DNA from: a virus
Taxonomy: Duplodnaviria > Heunggongvirae > Uroviricota > Caudoviricetes > Crassvirales
Length of the DNA: 38,015 bases
Direction: 5' to 3' (one strand)
IMG/VR virus record: IMGVR_UViG_3300027741_000036
Coordinates: 64,001 to 102,015 of that record
The notes under the pieces: model-generated
Told to the model about the DNA's origin: nothing
Seen by the model: the letters and a program-made list of their open reading frames with translations, nothing else
The model's database searches: none
Shown here: piece after piece, positions 35,555 to 38,015 of the stretch
Numbering within the stretch: the stretch's first letter is position 1
Layout: each line of letters starts with the position of its first letter
Program-made: the position numbers and the translations under genes

Positions 35555-35942
35555 TCTTTTCGTTTTGAGTTTTAACATTGTGACATACCTCACATAAAAT
35601 TTGTAAGTTGTCAATTTCACAAAATAATCTTTCTACAAACCCTGGTAGATCATTAGCACAGTTTAGACTGCCTGCAGGTGTAACATGATCAACATTAATC
35701 TTCTTATCAGGAAACCATTGTTTACATTCGTTACACTGATATTCAAACTTCTGTCTCTTAAGTGGACCCTTGTAAGTTCTTCTGTTAGCCATCTTACATT
35801 GTGTAATAGGTTTCCAAAATCTACTCTTTTGTCTTAGTCCACTTCTAATAAAGCTCCAGAACATGCTTTCTGTCATCGTGTTAGCATTTCTAGTCTTTAA
35901 TGTTTTAGGTTTAGCAACAGCCTTTTTTCTTTTTGTAGCCAT
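35544..35942 (-). CDS. HNH endonuclease (start trimmed to MATKRKK)
   Basis: YQCNEC..NVDHVTP..NLQILCEVCHNVKT. Confidence 0.85.
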   Translation of the reverse strand: MATKRKKAVAKPKTLKTRNANTMTESMFWSFIRSGLRQKSRFWKPITQCKMANRRTYKGPLKRQKFEYQCNECKQWFPDKKINVDHVTPAGSLNCANDLPGFVERLFCEIDNLQILCEVCHNVKTQNEKNGR

Positions 35943-35948
35943 AATAAT

Positions 35949-35983
35949 AAAATGTGGTCCAAATATACAATAAATGGACCACA
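35949..35983 (-). terminator. Hairpin/terminator with embedded -7 promoter element
   Basis: TGTGGTCCA (35953-61) / TGGACCACA (35975-83); TATATTTG at 35967-60 spans loop and 3' arm; followed by TTTTATT. Confidence 0.6.
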
Positions 35984-35994
35984 CTTTGTTTTAA

Positions 35995-37467
35995 TTAATC
36001 AATGTTTTTGATTCTGCCTACAATTTCTGAATACATCTCTTCAAGAGAAGCTGTGATTCCTTTTATCTCTGCAATAGAAATGTTAGGAATGTTAAAATCA
36101 TACTTACGAGATTCTGCTACAAATCCTGCTTGTGTTCTTTCAACCAATGATTCCAATTCACGAACAGCATATTGATCATCTAATTCCAATGTATCAAAGT
36201 TAAGATCGTGAAGGATGGTTGTAGACTCTTCTGTAGGAACAGTCATCAATGGAAGATATTCATAGCAACGACCTTTGTATTCACCAATACCAACCACCTT
36301 CATTGGGTTAATAAGAATCAACATAGATGTATCACCACATCCTACATAGTTGATATGATCAGCTGTGAAATGTAATCCTGCAGCAGCACAATCTTGTGTA
36401 CTCCAGTTACAATCACTCATAGGCATGTTTACAGGAACACCTACACGAATGTCAAATGTTTTAGTCCATGCATCTGTATAACGATTGTTCTTCATTTGAG
36501 GAAGTTCCAAATATAAAGCTGTAAGATTACCTACTAAGGATACATTTGAAGCTCCTTCAAATTCAAGATCTTGTAAGAAATAGAAATCGTTAGAATCTTT
36601 CCATACATTCTTTTGAGAAGGATCTTTCTTCCAGATAGCCTTAATCTTGTTGTAAGAATTACTTACAAAATCTACAAGGGCTGTATCATCACATAAGCTT
36701 ACAACATTCCTAAGAGCAACAAAGAAACCTTGCTTTGTTATTCTGAAGGAATTCTCTTTCAAGAATCTGTACAACTCATGTGCAACTTCTGCTCTTGGGT
36801 TCAAGCAACACCACATAAAGAATCTTTTAAGACCTTGATAGCTTTCATTATACGGTAGTGATTTTTCTATCTCATCATTAGAGATTCCCATGTTAGAATA
36901 AGCACCAATGATTGCTAAGAACTCTTCAACAAGAATTTGTGGAAGACTTCTACTAATACCTTTAAGATATACAGTGTAACCATCTACAACAAAATCATTA
37001 AAGCTTGCAAGTTCATCCAATCCTTTTTGAATAGCTTTCATTCTGCTCACTTCAGCATCTCTTTTCATCTTGTCTTCTCTAACTTCTTGAGACATAACAA
37101 GAGTGAACAAGTCTGCTTCATTGCTAGCATTCTGTGCTGCTTTGAAATCATCCTGTGTAGCATTTGGTTTGCTGATGATTTGACCATCGTGTAACACAAT
37201 AGTCAATACATCATTAACCATTTTAAGATGCATGTAAGGTTTGAAATATGGAACATACTCTTCTTCACTGCTAAACCCTGCACCATCATACTCTGGATCA
37301 TCATCAAAATCATTCTCAATCTCCCACTCATCCTCACAGTCACAATCATCAATCTCTTTTTGTTTTTCTTCCAACTCAAGTTTTATCATTTCGTTCTTAA
37401 GTCTTTGTTCTTCGATTTGTAATTTTACTAATTCTTGTTTGAACCAGTCAATGCTAAAATTGCTCAT
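35995..37467 (-). CDS. rIIB: rIIB-like protein
   Basis: LNP..ELYRFL..ITKQGFFVALRNV..YTDAWTKT..V.MP..C...GLH resembles the T4 rIIB conserved core. Confidence 0.75.
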   Translation of the reverse strand: MSNFSIDWFKQELVKLQIEEQRLKNEMIKLELEEKQKEIDDCDCEDEWEIENDFDDDPEYDGAGFSSEEEYVPYFKPYMHLKMVNDVLTIVLHDGQIISKPNATQDDFKAAQNASNEADLFTLVMSQEVREDKMKRDAEVSRMKAIQKGLDELASFNDFVVDGYTVYLKGISRSLPQILVEEFLAIIGAYSNMGISNDEIEKSLPYNESYQGLKRFFMWCCLNPRAEVAHELYRFLKENSFRITKQGFFVALRNVVSLCDDTALVDFVSNSYNKIKAIWKKDPSQKNVWKDSNDFYFLQDLEFEGASNVSLVGNLTALYLELPQMKNNRYTDAWTKTFDIRVGVPVNMPMSDCNWSTQDCAAAGLHFTADHINYVGCGDTSMLILINPMKVVGIGEYKGRCYEYLPLMTVPTEESTTILHDLNFDTLELDDQYAVRELESLVERTQAGFVAESRKYDFNIPNISIAEIKGITASLEEMYSEIVGRIKNID

Positions 37468-37485
37468 GTTTTTTGTTTTTAAATG

Positions 37486-37513
37486 AAAAATAAAATGGGG
37501 GCTTTGTACCCCC
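37486..37513 (-). terminator. Weak intrinsic terminator-like hairpin
   Basis: GGGGG-TACAAAG-CCCCC then ATTTTATTTTT on the - strand. Confidence 0.4.
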
Positions 37514-37545
37514 TAAATATACTAAAAATTATACATAATACCAAA
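37514..37545 (-). promoter_or_regulatory. Bacteroidota-type promoter for rIIB
   Basis: AATTTGG context, TTTG (37545-42), 20-nt spacer, TATATTTA (37521-14). Confidence 0.6.
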
Positions 37546-38015
37546 TTAATCTTGTAGAGTTTCTACAACATCTTCAGTTAATTCTTGCTCTAAAGGAGCA
37601 TCTTCTGTAAGTTTAACAGTGTAATTCTTTAAATTAACTCTATGTCTGTTATACTTCAAAAGATCAATAACAACTTGTTGTAAAGGATCTTTATCTCCCC
37701 AGTTTTTCATTACACTGAATACATTCTCAATGAATGGGAACTTCTCAAGAATCTCTTTAACCTCTTGATAAATAGGATAGACTTCACCATCAAATAAATC
37801 TTTAGCTTCAGCTATTTCTAAAAGTGTACTGAATATAATAGCTTCTGTATCTGCAGACATATATCCAGGATGATAAGCATCTTGATATTTACCAAGCATT
37901 ACAATTTTATTGTAAAGATCTTCAGAAATTGATAACATGTGGTGATTTCTTTGAAACACCGATCTGTTCTTCTCATAAAGCTTCTTTACTAAATAAGCTG
38001 TCACTATTCTCTTAA
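37546..38015 (-). CDS. C-terminal part of a gene truncated by the window edge, probably rIIA-like
   Basis: Frame stays open past the track start (38004) to the window end; identity inferred only from its position upstream of rIIB. Confidence 0.5.
   Translation of the reverse strand, partial: KRIVTAYLVKKLYEKNRSVFQRNHHMLSISEDLYNKIVMLGKYQDAYHPGYMSADTEAIIFSTLLEIAEAKDLFDGEVYPIYQEVKEILEKFPFIENVFSVMKNWGDKDPLQQVVIDLLKYNRHRVNLKNYTVKLTEDAPLEQELTEDVVETLQD

Larger units (their letters stand above)
1..38015. other. Fragment of a lytic Bacteroidota phage genome (crAss-like), late arm (+) converging on early/middle arm (-)
   Basis: Giant virion genes, tail fibre, endolysin cassette, RNR/dUTPase/RecA/PhoH/rIIB; stop/start overlaps (TAATG, ATGA); Bacteroidota-type promoters; no integrase or host housekeeping operons seen. 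Confidence 0.85.

Noticed and set aside
32851-35983. N4-type virion-RNAP hairpin promoters
   Set aside because: The loops are long (9-13 nt), and the conserved sequence matches the host sigma-A -7 element, with a properly spaced TTTG in most cases. The terminator-plus-promoter reading is simpler.
1-38015. Stop-codon reassignment as in some crAss-like phages
   Set aside because: Long ORFs are intact in the standard code; TAG (23446-48) and TGA (16784-86, 28359-61) end genes with tight coupling to the next start.
1-38015. CRISPR arrays, tRNA/rRNA genes, integrase or transposase
   Set aside because: No regularly spaced direct repeats or cloverleaf motifs were seen; intergenic gaps are under ~125 nt and are explained by promoters, terminators or small ORFs.

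Overview
A 38 kb fragment of an AT-rich, densely coding lytic dsDNA phage genome, most consistent with a crAss-like (Crassvirales-related) phage of Bacteroidota. The host inference rests on TTTG-N19-21-TAnnTTT[GA] sigma-A-type promoters, A-rich leaders without Shine-Dalgarno motifs, a Q-rule signal peptide and D-[ST]-x O-glycosylation sequons. The + strand (1-25547) is the late/virion arm: the end of a large virion protein, a 2646-aa polyvalent protein (three zincin-like modules, two Pol-beta-type NTase domains, a PD-(D/E)xK nuclease), tail/fibre proteins, a lysis cassette with an M15 endolysin, a Fib_succ_major protein, a GT95/GT96-like glycosyltransferase, a ferritin-like protein and a cluster of small Lys-rich proteins. 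The - strand (25594-38015) is the early/middle arm: SAM methyltransferase, GT2, PhoH, two HNH proteins, metallophosphoesterase, dUTPase, RecA, class II RNR, PD-(D/E)xK exonuclease, rIIB and a probable rIIA end. The arms converge on a bidirectional terminator at 25565-25595. The most striking observation is an LCIB/C-type beta-carbonic anhydrase with its Cys/His/Cys zinc ligands intact, fused to a 34-aa N-terminal module shared with a structural protein. It is one of three pairs of late genes that share N-terminal modules, suggesting a 'docking tag + payload' system. All family calls are by-eye motif recognition; no searches were run.
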